Positions 13,441 through 25,562 of a DNA stretch of 64,000 nucleotides are shown piece by piece. Source of the stretch: Lingula anatina (taxonomy: Eukaryota; Animalia; Brachiopoda). The notes beneath the pieces were generated by a model. The model saw only the letters and a program-made list of their open reading frames with translations, did no database searches and had not been told where the DNA came from. A program made the translations under genes and the position numbers. The stretch spans positions 44,274,401 through 44,338,400 of the forward strand of contig CM120641.1 of NCBI GenBank assembly GCA_051362555.1. The letters are read 5' to 3'. The first letter of the stretch is position 1; the number at the start of each line of letters is the position of its first letter.

Positions 13441-16400
13441 GTTGTCTTTTGCATCATTCCATGCTTGTCTATAGCTGTATATAACTTGTGAGCTGGTATT
13501 TGAGCCAACTAGCAATAGCCTAACTCTTTTGAGCAATTTGAAGAGATATATGAATATAGAAAACAATGATTGATGATGAGCATCCCAGGAGTGCTAGCTA
13601 AATGCTTTCCAATAACTTTAACTTTGTGACCTATTTAAGGAGCATATTGAAATGTCAACCAAGATTACTTGGCTTAAGTGTTTATATTTTTCACCAAAGA
13701 AAAAAAATTCTGTGATGAAAGTCACAAAATATTATTATTTGTCAAACAGCTCAGACTTAACAGAAATATCTTATGAAAAAAAAAAAGAAAAAAAATGTAT
13801 ATATATTGTGATGTGCTTGGTGTGAAATTAGCATGTGCCACAATTGTATGCATTTTTATTAGAAATCTCAGTACTAGTTACTCCTTTTATTGCACCCAAC
13901 TTTGTGTACACTCACACCTGAATGAGATACGCTCAGTTGGCCAAATATATATATTGATGGTGGACAATGTCTTGTCTTGATTAAAGTCAAGTCTCATAGC
14001 ACCTGTTGTATCTCCCCGGACACCTGCACACAATTTGCTATTGCAGTAGGGGGAGTTTCAATGAACAAGGGTAAATTATATCTTAAATTATGGTTTCATA
14101 TTATGAGGGAGAGACTGCATCCACATCTGATTAAGCAATTTCATTGCAAATGGTGGATCATTTTAGTTCATGATTATACGACAGCAATTGCAAACTCGTT
14201 AATGGGCAGAAGCTGTCTGTGATCTTCTGTTTTCACTGGACTGGTAATGTGGATTGATAATTGATTGAGCTTTGAGAAATGAGACGATGACAATTAGGAC
14301 ATCAAATAGGCATCTGGATACTTATTGTACATTTTTTCCTCGTTTTGTGGTTTGCTAGTTTGAAATTGTGTAGAATTTATCCACCATAATTTCTCTTTCA
14401 TTCTAGACCTGGCAGATTAGTACTGAATTGAACTTGTAGAAATGATTGTGAACGCTACAGGAGGAGTTATTTCCATTGATTTAAGGCCTTATTCAAAAGC
14501 AATAGGAATCTTCAGTGTAACTTTTCTCTCTAGGTCTTTTAGTCTAAAAAGCTCCGTTTCTGATTTTGGGAAGTGCTTGTGAATATTTTAACTAATAAAA
14601 ATCTGTAAACAGGAAAAGTGAACTTCAAATTAAAGTGTGTGTGGGTGTGTCTTACAGCAGGCTTATTCAAATAAAAAAAGATAAAGATCAGCAACCAGAG
14701 TGCAAGTTGTTAAATTCCAGAAAACTTCAGCAGTATGATCGAATGATGTAGCTATGTTGAACTTTATACATGTATTATGGGAGGTAAACCATAATAAGAC
14801 TCCTGACGTTTGCTACTGGTAATTGAATAATAAAAATGGCTTAAAACTAGTTAAAGATTTTTCAAAGTTACTAGTCTGTTCCATTAAGCTAAAATTTTAG
14901 CAAATTTAGATGACTTAACCCTTTTATTATCTTCATCCCAGGACTAGTACATTTTGGTTTAGATTTATAGTTTTCTGGAGCTATTAGTCCAAATGACCAT
15001 TGAGCTGAAAAGTTAAAGGGGCATACTCTCGCTTGGGCCTCATTTATAAAGAAAATTTCCAGTTTTGACTTGGAGTCATGGATTAGAGACTAGACTGCCC
15101 AATTAATGACTTGGAACCACAATTTAGGATTTTGGTAGTATCACCACTGACTCTGCACAATCTTGTCAATAGCTGTATTTTAATATTCCTTCTTAAAGTG
15201 TGCTACTTCTCTCTAGTAAATGTATACATATATACATTTACTAGAGAGAAGTAAATGTATACATATATATGCGTATATTTATATAATTTCTTGTTTTTCA
15301 GGTTGTTACCCCTATTATTCTAATGACCCCTTCATCATAACGCAAAGCCCTCATGTTTACTTCACCGGAAATATGCCCAAGTTTGATACCAAGGTTGTCA
15401 AAGGTATGGTTGCAATTTGATTTTTTTGGGTATTTTAAAATTCTGTATTGATTATTTGATGGTTTGATCTTTAGTTTTTGTGTTTGATGATTTATTTATA
15501 CATTCAGTCATTAATATATTGTTAGATTCGTTTCTTAGCACACACAAGCACACACGTACATACAAAATACAGAAATGCTATTTCAAATTCTCTATACAGC
15601 CCTCTTTAGCATACATCGAGTGTAAAATTGTGAAGTCACCTCTGCAACAAAATGTGTTCTGTAACCCATTGAATATTGAAATAGAAACACTTTGTATATT
15701 TTTTTTTTTTTATTTGATAAAGCAGATAGTTCTATCATTTTGAATTGCTTTTGGGTATTGCAGCTGTTATTATGCAGATCATATGTTTTATTTCCAATTT
15801 TGAGAATTTGTATAGTAATTACAGACCGGATTGGAACAAAATTGACTAATATTTTTCTGAGAACAATCTTTTTTTGTTAATGCACAGAAAGAAATAATTA
15901 TATAAATTCTGTAAAGCAATCACGGACTATGGTAGATTGATGAATCTTTCAAAAGAAGAAAAAAACAAGGTAATGTAATAAGAGGGATTTTTAATTTATA
16001 AGTTAACACCTTGAAGTACCAATGGTTTGTTTGGATATTGTGTCTGTTCTCCACATAAAGCATATATTACAGGTATTGATTCATTACCTTGGCTTCTCTC
16101 TACAAGTCCAGTGATGCTTTGCATTTCTATGATTTGTTTCATTTCTCCCTAATTCAGCACAGATAAAAATTTTCTGGTATCTTATGTATCTGGTGGCACA
16201 AAATTGGTATCCTATAATGACTTTTAGCATCTGAAATGTAGTATGGGCATGTACAGTCAGTATTAATATCTTAATGGAATGCTGCTGCCCTTTTAAGCTA
16301 ACTCAGTGATTTACTGTATTATTCCCCTGATCAAAAAGTAGCACTATCATCTTCCATGAAAATGCGAGGAATGAGACCATTTCTTTGGTCTTAGTCAAAT

Positions 16401-19400
16401 TCTGAAAAAAATATACATGGTTACTCAAAGTTATGGGTGATGGCCTTTAAAAAGGGCATTTTGTCCAAGTACTGTCCAGAGAATTCCCAATAGTAGTCCC
16501 TATAATAGTATGCTGTTCTCATAAAAATGGTTACTTTGCCTCTCACTGCTAAGCTTTTCTGAAAATGGCTACAAAAAGAAGCCTAATTGCATAGAATTGC
16601 TACATGATCTACTTTAATGTCCGTAATTTCCTTTCCATCAGCCCACCCTTTAGATCTTGCGGTCAAGTGTAATGTTTTGAAGCTCTGGGAATTCCTGTCA
16701 TCTCTTTCCCCTATGGAACCCCTCAGGTTAGCGAAACATGAAAGATTTTTCAGTAATATTGTGTAGCGTTTTTTTTTTTTTTTTTTCTAGGCTATATGTC
16801 TTTGTCACAATCCTCAAGGTTATTATTGAAGGCCATTTTTAGGGACTTGTTGAGATCAGACATTGAGGAGATTGTATGGTGTTGGAAGTTTGTCATATCT
16901 TTCTTTTGTTCTTGAAAGATCAATAATCATCTTTTTTTTTTTTAAAAAATATGTACTTTCATCTGCAAAAGTTCTTGATCTAAGGAGGTTAAATGATTTT
17001 TTTTTTTTTTTTTTTTGACAATATGCCAGCTCTATCGCCAGAAATGCTTATCTGAATATTTCCAGGAAAACTACCATTAAAGACTCATGAATCTTTTTAA
17101 AAATGGTTTAGTCCAGGATTAGGTGCACAAGAGCATGAAGGTTTTAATTTCTGTGATCTGTTTTGCATAGATTCTTCTCAGATATAATTGGTTTAATATT
17201 AATTATGGAGTTCACTTTTTTATGGCATTTTTTTGATAAATTTTTCTGACATCTGTGGTTGTTGCCAAGTACATGGCACGCACACATACACCTACTCATT
17301 TACACCATTTTTTCTACTTCACCTATGCTGAGTGAACAGTTACAAAAATACCCATGTAATTTTTAGCAGGGGGCATAAATTGTAATATTTAAAAAATGAT
17401 TGATGGTTGCCTGTCTCTTTACACAGTAGCACTAATAAAAAAAAAGAATAAGAAGATTTAAACCACATGACCTGCTCTGATAAGGTATCGATGAAGAACT
17501 GCAAAATGAAACCATTCATCAAAGATAGCATCATAATTTTATGATTGAACCTATCGTTTTTCAGATATGTTCATTCGATGCAAAATGAATTGAAATAACA
17601 AAGAAAATCATTTCTAGTTATCAAGTTATATCATATAACTGGGTGCTATTTGCACAATCCAGTTTCTGACCTTCATTCAAACGTAGGGATCAAATATGCC
17701 CATAATTTCATATTACGCAGAAAATGGGGGAATTGCTTCTGTACAGTGAAACTTACTGCATACTAAAGATCTATGTTTGAATGTGTTATTGACAGTAGTA
17801 TAAGGGTTCATTCCCAATGAATCTATTGTTCTATGTAGATCAATCCAACTCTGCAGGGACTCTCACTGAATGCAATCCGAAAAACCCATGATTATACAAG
17901 TGTATTGGAGACAAGAAAAGACGTTTCATTGCATTAATCTGAATGCATTCAGTGAGAGTTCCTACCAGGCTGGAATGATCCACGTAGAGTGATACCTTCA
18001 TTGAGAATGGGACCTAAATCCTGAAACATGATGTTTTATGACTGTGGTGATATATGCTTTATTCAGCTTCAGGGGTGTTTTTCAGTGAAATGTGAGTACT
18101 TTCTCTCTGAACGTACTACACTGCCAGCCTCTCACAATATATATGCCTCGAACACCTCTAGCTGACACTCGCAATGTTCTGGCACATATCGCTCGGGTTA
18201 AAATGTACAAATACAAAATATTTGTCACTTTATAAAATGTAGAATGTGTGTAAATGCGTTGGCGCCCATGGTGTTGTCAGCACGCGGAGCCTTGAATGGG
18301 ATTGTAGAGGTTTTACAAAGGGGGGATAGCAATCAAGTGTTCACTTCCTGACTTTACAAATTAATGTGTGTCATTAAAGACTATCTAAACACAGCTTGAT
18401 ACACAAATCACAAGCTCTAGAATTCTTGTTAGACCAGCCTATAATATTAAAGCTGGACAAAGACACTAACTTTTAATAGACATTTTAATGGATTGAATTA
18501 GATTAAAGAAATCAATTAATAGAAGGTTTTGCAGAATGCTTATTCTGATTTTCCGAGATATTCCGAGTCCCTTTTTTTGTCATGAAAGCTAACAATGCAA
18601 TTATGCTGTCACAAAATCAATAATGTTGTTTAACACTTGATTTTGGAGTTTATTAACCTTCACCTGTCAACATATAGGGGAAAGTGTGGGTGTAAAACAC
18701 TCCGTTCAATTATGAAACCATCTGTTATAAGGATTTCCCTCTGTGCACTTAAAATACACTGGGGAAAAGCAACACGCTGGAATACATGGCAACATGGACT
18801 AATTTTCAACAGCACATTTGAGTAAATGCTTGACTATCACCGAGTCTGTGATGGAAAAAAAATGGAAAATGAACCAGATCACAAAAGTCTAAATCTACTT
18901 GATTGCCATCTGTCTTGTTTATACAAGGTTCAATATATCACACTCTATACAAACCGGGGCAACAACAGAGAATTTCCTTAAGCCCCTTTTATACTGGTTA
19001 ATGTCCTTTCTGCGTCCTGGAGTACAGCCCTGTTTGAGAATAAAAAAATAATAATACCATGAGTGTGGACAACTGGCCTGTCATTTGGCATTCATTCTTG
19101 GTCACTTTGGGTCATTAAAAATGAGAAATTAAATGTTTTCTTCACTAGTAGGTTACATTGAAATGAAAATTACGCACAAGTAGGTTACATTGAAATGAAA
19201 ATTACATCTCAAACTTCTGAGTTAAAATAAAATAAAATAAAATACCCAGCAGTCAGCTGTTTTGATGACAGTGGCAGTGCACATGAGCACATCTGATATC
19301 AGTCCATTCAGATCAACGTTAGCTACTATGGGATTGAATCTACTTATTAATAAGCATATATATTGTGTGATATGGGTCAGATTGAATTCAAAATATTATG

Positions 19401-22400
19401 CAGGTATGAGATTTTTCCAGCTCTGGGCAGATTTCCGTCTCTTTTGGACCCAAAAATATCATGGTCTATGTGTCCCCCTGGACCCCACGCTATAAAGTAC
19501 AACTTTTTTAACAAATGGGATTCTCATCCCTGATTCTAATTGACAGTAAGAAATGTCTTTTTTCTCCATGCTTTTTTTTTTTTATAATATATCAGTTCAC
19601 CCAAAAGTTACATAAGATGTATATTTGTTCTTTTTGTTTACCCTCATAAAGTAAAACCTACTTCTAAGAGATGTTGGGCTGTTTTTTGTGTTAGTCTCCC
19701 TTTTATGCAACCAGAAAAGCAATAAAAAAATTGTCATTATGAGAATATAAGGGCCACATGTTTCAATATCATGTTTCAATATCTGCTGAATAGGCTAAGT
19801 TTGCAAGAATAGGACTGCTTTCTTTTTTTAGGCTTGTCCATTGCTAAATGAGTGGTACTGTAATAAGAAAATCAGGTCAGCTTTTTTTATTTCTTGAAAA
19901 AGAATTGCACAGTTTCTTGGTTGCATAGATAGAAACTTCATGCTGCTTAATCAGAATAGTGAAATTGACATAACACAAAAGGAAAAAAATAATGAATCAG
20001 ATGAAGTTTTCTCCCACCTTAAACCATGTGCTGTTGATATTAAGAAATTGTATTCAAGAGAAATTATGGTATGATTTCAGGAGATATTAATTTTCTGCAA
20101 TCTTTTCTTGTTCATACAGTCAAAAAGTACATAGGCATTATTCAGGAGACGTCAGGCGTCAGTTAAGATAATAAAAGCCTACTCCGTCTAGCTTTGTTCC
20201 TGACATTCTAACCAGTGCTGGTATCATGTCAGATGAGGTAAATGTCAGCGAGGTTTATGTGAATCGTTTGTTAGTTTAATGCGGTTGAAAAGCCATCAAA
20301 TATAATGGCGCTTGTTGTTGTAAACATTGAATGAGTTTCTCAGAAACACTATTATTAAAGAATGCGGTTTGTCGTGAGTGGATATTGATATCTAGATTAT
20401 ATGTTCTTCCTCTTGGCTTCTTGTCAAGGAAATTGTTGATACATATTCTTCATACAACATATTTAATACTTTGGTTATGATAAAAACACTCAAATCTATA
20501 ACAAAGAAATGCATATGATGTGGTTTGTGTGTCCACATGTGCCGGTGATCCCCACCCCCCAACACAGCCCACCCACCCTCCACCCCACACCTTGCGTCTT
20601 TAAACCAGTGAAGCTTTAGTCTCTATATACCTGGTCTGTTTTTTTTTTTTTTTTCTTCTTCTTTTAACACCACATCTACAAATTTTTTATTATAATGCTT
20701 TTTTGTTGAATACTGGTACTTAACACTGTAAGTTATTATGATACCACTGTCTTTTATAAATTAACTAAATTTGTAAAAATGAACTGATACCCATGTTGTG
20801 TAGATTATGTAAAGGTTTGCTTTGATGATTTATGTCCTATACAATTATTTGCATCATTAGACAATTCTTTTCATCATCAAAGCTATTAAACATTAAAAGA
20901 TTTCATTGCACTCTCACCTTTTCACTGTACAAAATGAATGCCAGGGAGATAACTGTCCAAATTAATTGCTGTAATGTTTTTCAAAGAAACAGGTGGTTTA
21001 ACTTTTTCCCAGAATGCTGGCTGCCAGTCTCTTTACCTAGACAGTGTTCAAGTGCAATCACCTGTAATGGGTTTAGATTTGACTTTTTTTTAAATATTGG
21101 TATAATGAAATATGTATACTCACTCTCTCTCTCCCTCCCTCCCTTCCACACACACACCCACCCACCAGGCAGGCATCTCTCCCACTCACACTCTATGCCG
21201 ATTCCATGTTTTGTCTGATGTTTATTAAGATCATTAGAAATTATACTTTCATAGCAAGCTATTTCAAGGTACTGTTTGAATAGAAACTCAGGAAGCCTAA
21301 CAGTATTTTTAATCAAAAGAAAGGAAATGTGCAGTCACCTAGCTAGGGTAAGAAGCAGTTTTCCTGTTCTGGGAATATTCTGTATTTCCTGGATTTTTTT
21401 AAAGATGAAAGGCACCAGTTTAAGATGTTATGGTCAGACCAATGTGAAAAAGGGGGGGGGGGGGGGGGGGGAACTGACACTTGTGTGGTTTTCTGTTTTT
21501 GGTAACATTTTTCCTAATGCACACCAGAGAAAGGTGATATCAGTTTGAATAATATGTATAAATTTGTTATCCTCCTCCAAATCAAGATAAAACGGTTGTG
21601 TATAAGTAATCTATTAATTCCAATTTTGGATTTAATTTATTTCTTTTGATGCAACCATAAGGTATGAGAATCTTTGTCCCTTTTAAAGGTCATGTAGGTC
21701 TTTCCAGGAATTGGTAAAAATCAGGGTAGAAAAGGGCGAGATGAGAAGTAATAGCAGACTAAGCTGACAATTTGTCCATAGATAATTTTCTGGTTCTGTC
21801 GAATTGCAGTCTTTTTGCACAGCTGTACAAATGGCACTGTTTTGCACGCCAACTTTTTTTATTCAGTAGAGTGGTTATTGACCCAGATAAATTGGCCAAT
21901 TGTTCCTTTTTTGTGATAGTTTTGTCTTTTTTGTACCACCAGCATGTAAACTCATGGGCGAAAGTTTTCACTTTCAGGGTTATGCCCATTTTCAGGATTT
22001 TTCATTAGTCATTTAGATTTTTTTTCATATGGTATAAATATGGTCATATGGTTTAAGATGTTTTTTAAGGAATCAGTTTTTACATCTTTTAGCCTTGTAA
22101 ACTGGAGATACCTTGTTTTAGAAAGACACAACATGCCCATTTTTATGTCATAGAAAAAGATTTGATTGCTAATGCTATTCATACATACTGTAAACGATAT
22201 ACTGTATACAATCCTTAAGCCTAGATGACATTTGAAGTGTGATGCCCGTACGGTGCACATATACTGCCCATAATACCCTTTTTCGTGGTCTTCTGAGCGG
22301 AGGTAGATGGTGGCCGTGCGAAATTGCACGGAATCATACTGATTTAAGGCCATGTAATGTAGACATAGTGGACGTAGCCGGTAGCTCCTTATGATTTCAA

Positions 22401-23012
22401 AAAAAAATTATGCAGACAATTTCATCGCACGGCGCCCGTGTAAATGTAATCTAGGCTATAATGCAGCAAATGCAAAACCAAGACATTTATTTCCTGTATT
22501 AACTTATCAGACTGGTTCATGATACTGATGTACGAGTCAATATTAACTAACTGAAGTGATTTGTAACACTTAAATGTAATCAATCGGGGATATATTGTCT
22601 TATTTCAAGAACTCATAAACAGGAGAAGATAAAAAAACAGCTGTGATAAATGATTTTCCATTGCCAATTAGTTTATGCACCACACAGTTTATTTCAATTC
22701 ACAGGATGTCAATATGTCACCTGATATCACCACTGGATATTTAAACAATTATTTTACTGATATGATTTGTACATTTGACAGCTTTTCTGCTTTGTATTTC
22801 TGCTTTGAATATATATATATATAAATAAAACAACATATCTTATATTCTTTGTAGGTCCAGCAGGACAGGAAATCACCCTGGTTACAATCCCTCGTTTTAG
22901 CACCACAAACACCTGCGTCCTTTTAAATCTCCGAACATTGGAGTGTCAGCCAATCAAATTTGAAGCCTCGTTTCCAACAGCCAGTCAAGAAAGCCCCGAT
23001 GTTGACAAATGA
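384..23012 (+). CDS. POLD2: DNA polymerase delta subunit 2 (p50), 5'-partial spliced gene: join(384-505,966-1089,1336-1456,1924-2119,2713-2793,3128-3285,4045-4172,15302-15403,22855-23012)
   Basis: Nine exons bounded by AG/GT splice into one open frame with compatible phases. The translation contains POLD2 hallmark segments [114 protein letters not shown] and [12 protein letters not shown], ending in TGA at 23010-23012. The start codon is outside the window. Confidence 0.97.
966..1089 (+). CDS. POLD2: POLD2 coding exon (124 nt; [41 protein letters not shown])
   Basis: Acceptor tttccag ends 965; donor gtctgt at 1090; LEDE..RI motif. Not in the ORF track. Confidence 0.95.
1336..1456 (+). CDS. 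POLD2: POLD2 coding exon (121 nt; [40 protein letters not shown])
   Basis: Acceptor tctag ends 1335; donor gtaagt at 1457; [10 protein letters not shown] motif. Confidence 0.95.
1924..2119 (+). CDS. POLD2: POLD2 coding exon (196 nt; [12 protein letters not shown]...[19 protein letters not shown])
   Basis: Acceptor ttag ends 1923; donor gtaagt at 2120; VSGL and IIAGN motifs of the inactive phosphoesterase-like domain. Confidence 0.95.
2138..2200. repeat. (TTTA)n microsatellite
   Basis: Direct inspection; 18 nt downstream of the donor at 2120. Confidence 0.95.
2713..2793 (+). CDS. POLD2: POLD2 coding exon (81 nt; [27 protein letters not shown])
   Basis: Acceptor tttcag ends 2712; donor gtgagt at 2794. 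Confidence 0.95.
3128..3285 (+). CDS. POLD2: POLD2 coding exon (158 nt; [25 protein letters not shown]...[12 protein letters not shown])
   Basis: Acceptor ttttcag ends 3127; donor gtactt at 3286; MPG.FDP....PQQP.H and TNP motifs. Confidence 0.96.
4045..4172 (+). CDS. POLD2: POLD2 coding exon (128 nt; [15 protein letters not shown]...[10 protein letters not shown])
   Basis: Acceptor tttttatag ends 4044; donor gtaagc at 4173. Confidence 0.96.
7170..7774. mobile_element. Non-autonomous TIR DNA transposon (605 bp) with a RecQ-like helicase remnant; AcademH-like
   Basis: TIRs 7170-7247 and 7698-7774 (CACCCTGAGC...; one indel, one mismatch). Perfect 8-bp TSD CTTTTAGA at 7162-7169 and 7775-7782. 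Internal + frame reads [34 protein letters not shown]. Confidence 0.88.
7434..7566 (+). pseudogene. RecQ-family SF2 helicase fragment (Q motif and Walker A) inside the TIR element
   Basis: LKPEQ followed by [16 protein letters not shown] matches the RecQ pattern LRPxQ...DVxxxxPTGxGKSLxY/F. In-frame TAA at 7431; no downstream DEAH motif. Confidence 0.8.
8175..9535 (+). repeat. 160-161-bp tandem repeat, about six copies in two blocks
   Basis: Unit starts ACCGATAACAC at 8175, 8336, 8497, about 8658 (diverged), 9213 and 9373; shared core ACGCAGGTCAAGTT.GAAAATCAG. Confidence 0.9.
8798..10448 (+). repeat. About 400-bp diverged direct duplication (8798-9197 and 10052-10448), each a dimer of a roughly 190-bp subunit
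   Basis: Shared TTAGGCAT.TTAACAGTCTCATTAT.GAACTAATAAGATA and CATTGCAGTTTGTCAGATT; the AAATGGAA...CATT.CAG motif recurs twice in each copy. Confidence 0.8.
11053..11271. mobile_element. Diverged palindromic MITE nested in the HINE, related to the 17804/27190 family
   Basis: Imperfect arms (GGATCGATC...TTCTCGCTAAATTGC / GCAATTTAGTGAGAA...GATCC); TTA and TAA flanks. Confidence 0.55.
13037..13118. repeat. (CT)n microsatellite, about 41 units; a shorter one at 13407-13438
   Basis: Direct inspection. Confidence 0.95.
15302..15403 (+). CDS. POLD2: POLD2 coding exon (102 nt; [34 protein letters not shown])
   Basis: Acceptor tttttcag ends 15301; donor gtatgg at 15404; continues PTAPDTL|GCYP in phase 1 after an 11.1-kb intron. 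Confidence 0.95.
17804..18014. mobile_element. Palindromic MITE, PIF/Harbinger (Tourist)-like, TAA TSD
   Basis: About 75-bp imperfect arms GGGTTCATTCCCAATGAA...CTCTCACTGAATGCA / TGCATTCAGTGAGAG...TTCATTGAGAATGGGACC; TAA on both sides; homologous copies at 27190 and 47682. Confidence 0.75.
18037..18202. mobile_element. About 160-bp MITE, CpG-decayed copy of the element at 25402
   Basis: Collinear with 25402-25562 (GCTTTATTCA..TTCAGGGGTG, TGTTCTGGCAC.TATCGCT). Confidence 0.65.
19147..19205. repeat. Tandem duplication with 32-bp period (AGTAGGTTACATTGAAATGAAAATTAC x2)
   Basis: Identical 27-mers at 19147 and 19179. Confidence 0.9.
22218..22457. mobile_element. 240-bp MITE with 16-bp TIRs (AGCCTAGAT(G/T)ACATTT)
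   Basis: 22218-22233 versus the reverse complement of 22442-22457 match 15/16; TTA and ATA flanks; CpG-rich interior in a CpG-poor intron. Confidence 0.6.
22855..23012 (+). CDS. POLD2: POLD2 last coding exon ([52 protein letters not shown])
   Basis: Acceptor ttctttgtag ends 22854; phase 1; resembles the POLD2 C-terminus (VP.F..T...L.NL..L.CQPI.F); TGA at 23010-23012. Not in the ORF track. Confidence 0.94.
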
Positions 23013-23567
23013 ATGTCCAAGCCATAGCAGAATTTCATGGAAAAAAGGTCATGGTTGTTAACAGTACAAGGTCAACGCTACATTTAGGTCCATTGTCAAG
23101 GTTGAATGTAGCCGTTCATCAGAAAAGCTGTGCTGTTGTTGAAGTGTTTTGGCAAACAGGGATGGAATCCTGTATGGTCTTCTAGAATTTCTATCAAAAA
23201 CTCTTCTATATACTACAAGATAACAAATGAATGGTAGAAAATGAAAGGAGTTCATGATATTAAAGGTGTTTGTACTGGTCATTTTGAAGATTGGAAATGA
23301 ACAAGAAATGAAAAAGATCTGTAATGGCTTCACCCTAAAGAAGATATGTACCAGAAAGCTAAATTATGTAAATGATGAATTGAATGAATCGATATATTCA
23401 CTTTCTTCTAGTTATTTACTAACATTTTAGTGATAATGATCAGTTACTTTGGAACAAATTATACATGAAATACTGTTTCACTCTTGTCACAAGACTAGCA
23501 ACAGACTGACTGTTGTTTCATAAATATTTTGTTCCTATTTAAGTGATTATTATCACTTTAAAACATT

Positions 23568-23573
23568 AATAAA
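23568..23573 (+). terminator. Candidate POLD2 polyadenylation signal AATAAA
   Basis: Canonical AATAAA about 555 nt after the stop codon. Usage not demonstrated. Confidence 0.4.
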
Positions 23574-23637
23574 CAGAACTCTTTGGGACCAGGAAACATG
23601 TAACGTATAATGACTTATACTTGATTTCTTGGTTCAG

Positions 23638-23640
<3 letters not shown>

Positions 23641-23683
<43 letters not shown>
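23641..23683. repeat. (ATT)n microsatellite
   Basis: Direct inspection. Confidence 0.95.
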
Positions 23684-23894
23684 TTAATGTTATGTATGCT
23701 CATCTCTACAGCCAAAGCACACCACTGCAGGTTCTGCAAAGGATATGAAGATGTAAATTTATTGCGTGGGTAGAGAGGTGTCGGATTATTGATAAAAATG
23801 TAGAAATATCTTGTTACTTTTGTAAGATTTTGCACCAGTATGTTATTTTACAATCCTAATGTATGTTAGAACTTAATGTAATGTTGCAGTGCAC

Positions 23895-23899
<5 letters not shown>

Positions 23900-23966
<67 letters not shown>
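23900..23966. repeat. (TA)n microsatellite
   Basis: Direct inspection. Confidence 0.95.
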
Positions 23967-23967
<1 letters not shown>

Positions 23968-23970
<3 letters not shown>

Positions 23971-24197
23971 TTACCACTTCTGCCAGGAATATTTTTGTTA
24001 GTTTGTCTGATAGCTAAAGTATGCAAACAGTAACAGACAGTTTTTGACGAAATTTTCAGGATAAGTCAGAAATTGGCAGACATAAATGTGATTACATTTT
24101 GATGATGACCCTTTAATTGTTTAATTAATTAATGGTAAATTATTAGTTAATTATTTGTCTTGGTTGAGGTCTCCACTCTTTTAATGCCTTTCTAGTT
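23968..24197 (+). mobile_element. Short HINE/DINE-like element (TTATTACC...CTTGG..GAGGT...TTTCTAGTT family)
   Basis: Start TTATTACC, GTTTGTCTG tract, 3' CTTGGTTGAGGTCT and terminal TTTCTAGTT; related to 32770 and 33879. Confidence 0.55.
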
Positions 24198-25401
24198 ATT
24201 ACCAATCTTATTACAACGCTTTCAGCGAGTCGATGTTACATGGCTTTCTCACCCTGACAGACATAAAAACCAAATCAACTGTATTACGGACAGAGTGCAG
24301 CCTGCACGACTAGACACTTTGGAAAATTGGCTATACATTTGTTCTACATTGCTCTGTTTATTCATTCACATTTATGCTCGTCTTCTGCTTCTGGTGACGA
24401 TAATAGCCCATTATTGCCGCCAAATCCTCTGGGAATTGGTTGGGTTCGGGCAATTCGCGTTTATGTATGGACTCATTAATCTATGCGGTAGAGATCGAGG
24501 TAGATAAAAAATGTACTTATATTGACTGGTTATAAGACTGAGAATGTTGTGCAGATGCTGAATACTGATAATACGTAATTCTTCTGGTTTTCTCGCCCGA
24601 GATGAGAAACTGTTGCTATGTCAACTAATACAGAATCGACGCAGTTGTTTCCCGATGTTAAAAGATGGGATCTCTTCCTTGGACTGTAACATTTCTCCAC
24701 TGTTAGTGATATATTACAATGAGCAACTCGAAGAAAGATTGAAGCATATGTGCAAAATCTCTGATAGAGGGCACGTGCGTCTGCACGAGGGCGGGTTTAA
24801 TAAAAAGTGTATGTTACAAATTGGTTCTTTTGTTATTCATTCGGTACCGAACAATCTTAACTGACAAAACAATTGTCTAAAAACTAAGTATCCATAACAA
24901 CCATATTGTAGACTATTTTCACTTGATCAAATATCAGATCCGAAGTAATTTTCTTTACTAAAGTGAATATTTCGAGACGGCTATACGAGGTGAATAATGA
25001 GAGATGAGACTGATTGATCTTGAATGTGTCTGCCGATAGTTTTTAACAGATGGAAAAATGTAAAATTGCCTTGATCTGTAATTACTTAGGTATTTCAACT
25101 GATTCATTGTCAAACACACCCAGTTGCCCCTTCCATTTAAAGGAAAAATTGTTCGATTTTACTTTGATTTAAAAGATTTATTTTGAAAAAGGAAGCGGTT
25201 AAACACTGCTTTAAGGCTGTTTAAGTTGATGTGGGAATGACGCAAAATTAAAAAGCAGACGACTTTTGGATAAACGGTCGCTTCCCCTGAATGTTCCAAC
25301 AATGGGACAAATGGCGTGAGTACAAGAATATCATAAAATTTACGTAAGACGCTTTCTCTTTATCGTGCTATAGAAGTAATAAAACATACCTAAAGATGTT
25401 A

Positions 25402-25562
25402 TGTGACCGTAGCGATATGAGCTTTATTCACTTTCAGGGGTGCTTTTCGGTGCAACGCAAGTACTCTCGTCATAAAATACGCTGTCACCCTTGTCGCGGA
25501 ATGTATGCCTTGATCACCTTGCTGACGCTCAAAGTGTTCTGGCACGTATCGCTTAGGTGACA
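25402..25562. mobile_element. About 160-bp MITE with TGT...ACA termini
   Basis: TGTGACCGTAGCGATA versus the reverse complement of TATCGCTTAGGTGACA; homologous to 18037-18202. Confidence 0.65.

Noticed and set aside
12986-13566. ORFs with RERERE tracts (also HTHTHT, LSLSLS and IIII ORFs elsewhere)
   Set aside because: Translations of microsatellites, not proteins.
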